64,000 nucleotides of DNA from Octopus sinensis (Eukaryota), in contig NC_042998.1 of NCBI RefSeq assembly GCF_006345805.1, positions 79,794,001 through 79,858,000 on the forward strand. The letters run 5' to 3'. How positions within the stretch are numbered: the stretch's first letter is position 1; the number at the start of each line of letters is the position of its first letter. The translations under genes and the position numbers were made by a program. This document shows positions 62,383 to 64,000 of this stretch, piece after piece. Under the pieces are notes generated by a model. The model made no database searches, was not told the origin of the DNA, and saw only the letters and a program-made list of their open reading frames with translations.

Positions 62383-63239
62383 TTTGTTTTTGCCATTTGC
62401 TTTCAAATGTTCTTGGGTCTGAATGCAGTAATTTCTAGCAAAAACTAGATGCCTGTAACTAAATACATTTATTCTACATTAATGAAGATAAATATATTTT
62501 TTTCTACATTACTGATATATTGCACTATGTCAAGATCAAAGTTTGCCAACAACTTTAAAACTTCCTTCAAATTCTTTTAAATTTATGGAATGAAGAATTC
62601 TGTGGAGAGCATCGTGTAATTTTTTATTTTTCTGATGCAATGTGTGGTTGAAGCTCTATGTTAATGATTCCATTATTTTTCTAAATGATTTATTTGCTTT
62701 CTTTTATTAATACAGCACTGTCGGCTCTCTTTCTTTTACATTTTCATAGGCAGGTCCTTCCCTTGAGGGCTTGTGGGTGCTAGTGTCACATAAAAAGAAC
62801 TTGTGCCAGAGCCACATAAAAGCAGCCATGCTGGAGCAACACAAAAAGCACCTAGTATACTCTATGAAGTTGTTGGTGATAGAAAGGGCATCCAGCCATA
62901 GAAACCATGCCAAAATAAACAATTGGAACATGGGCAGCTCCCCAGCTGGCCAGTTCCTGTCAAACCATCCAACCCAGCATGAAAAATAGACATTAAACGA
63001 CACTGATGCTAAACTTTTCTGGTGCTTTCTGGCATTTCGTGAAAGTATTAAATAATGGAAGCAAAAATTGCTTTCTTCTCTAAAGAATAAACTAGCAATG
63101 AGTGTTTGGTATTTTGATGAAAAGTACGTTGTGTAAAGAAATGTTAATTACTTTAAATCTTGTTACAGATACAAATGGTTTTATATCTCTAAATCTTTTT
63201 ATATTGCTGCTGTGAAATCATGCTTTGGAAAAAAAAATA

Positions 63240-64000
63240 GTATAACCTTGAATAATATTGTTGAATGAATTCCTGATGGTGTCCCATTTGTAATACATGC
63301 AGCATAAGAAGGAAGTGCCAAATGTTTTATGTATTCACTGTGTGGTGCAGCAGCAACATCTTGTTAGAAAACATTTAAGCACAAGTCTTCATTTATTAAG
63401 TGTAATAATTAGGGTTATAAAAATAAGATCAAATCAAATGCCAAAAATGATAGTGTTTCAACAGCTGGGCCAGGACAATAATGGGCAATTCATTAAGTGA
63501 CTGTTACATACAGAAATTTGTTGACTTTCAAAGGGCGAATACTTGATTCATTTTGTACAATCATGTGAGTGTCGCACTGTCTTAGGAAAGAAAATGAGGT
63601 CAATCTCTGTCATTAGTTAAAATAAAATGTGACGCATTTTATTTGGCAAGCATTTTAAAGAAATGTAATCAAGTTAATTTGCAGCTTCACAGATCTAATT
63701 TATCCAATGCAAAAATATTAATTTTTGTATTTATGGCAAAACTATATCTTTTCTGTCATAATTTTTATGGATGGGAGAATTTCGTTAGTTTAAAGAACTG
63801 CCATCAGGGAAGTTTGAAAGGTTAGTCGTTACATCAGTGATCTTAAAATGGATATGGAAAATGATATAATCATATTTTGAACTCGAAGGTACATTACTGG
63901 ATTGTGAATTCTTTTATTGTAAATGCTAATCAAGTTGGTGTAACATGTCAAGAAAACTATTATAACAAAAATATGGAAAAGGGGCAGATACAATTTCAGT
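63240..64000 (+). pseudogene. hAT (Buster/Charlie-like) transposase remnant
   Basis: CIHCVVQQQHLVRKHL (HCxxH motif), LLHTEI..LSKG (LLHTEVRWLSKG motif), CNQVNLQL; frameshifted. Confidence 0.75.

Noticed and set aside
63297-63825. Possible domesticated ZBED/SCAND3-like host gene
   Set aside because: Frameshifts, stops and degraded catalytic motifs indicate a dead hAT transposase.

Overview
AT-rich, repeat-saturated eukaryotic (metazoan) DNA. The SINE families, RTE tails and dense (TA)n/(CA)n/(AAT)n/(GATA)n microsatellites look octopus-like; that assignment is an inference from pattern recognition, not a database result. No host protein-coding gene is recognisable, and nearly all listed ORFs are repeat or microsatellite artefacts. 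Real coding signal is limited to decayed transposons: three Tc1/mariner-superfamily elements, a Penelope-like RT plus GIY-YIG element, three RTE-type LINE pieces (one with a PHD-like finger inside its RT), Gypsy pol and gag remnants, a CR1-type C-terminus and a hAT transposase remnant. Non-autonomous Helitrons, MITEs and dozens of SINEs are also present. The most notable observations are: (1) a head-to-head palindromic pair of tRNA-headed elements whose tails carry a Penelope-type minimal hammerhead-like motif, plus two other decayed hammerheads; (2) a ~0.9 kb-arm inverted duplication next to a second inverted repeat; (3) a 221-bp SINE-derived tandem array; (4) several snap-back or templated-insertion scars; (5) a CpG-retaining domain (~28.3-37.5 kb) with candidate 5' exons and tandem AG|GT / E2F-like motifs. 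Coordinates of degenerate elements are approximate.
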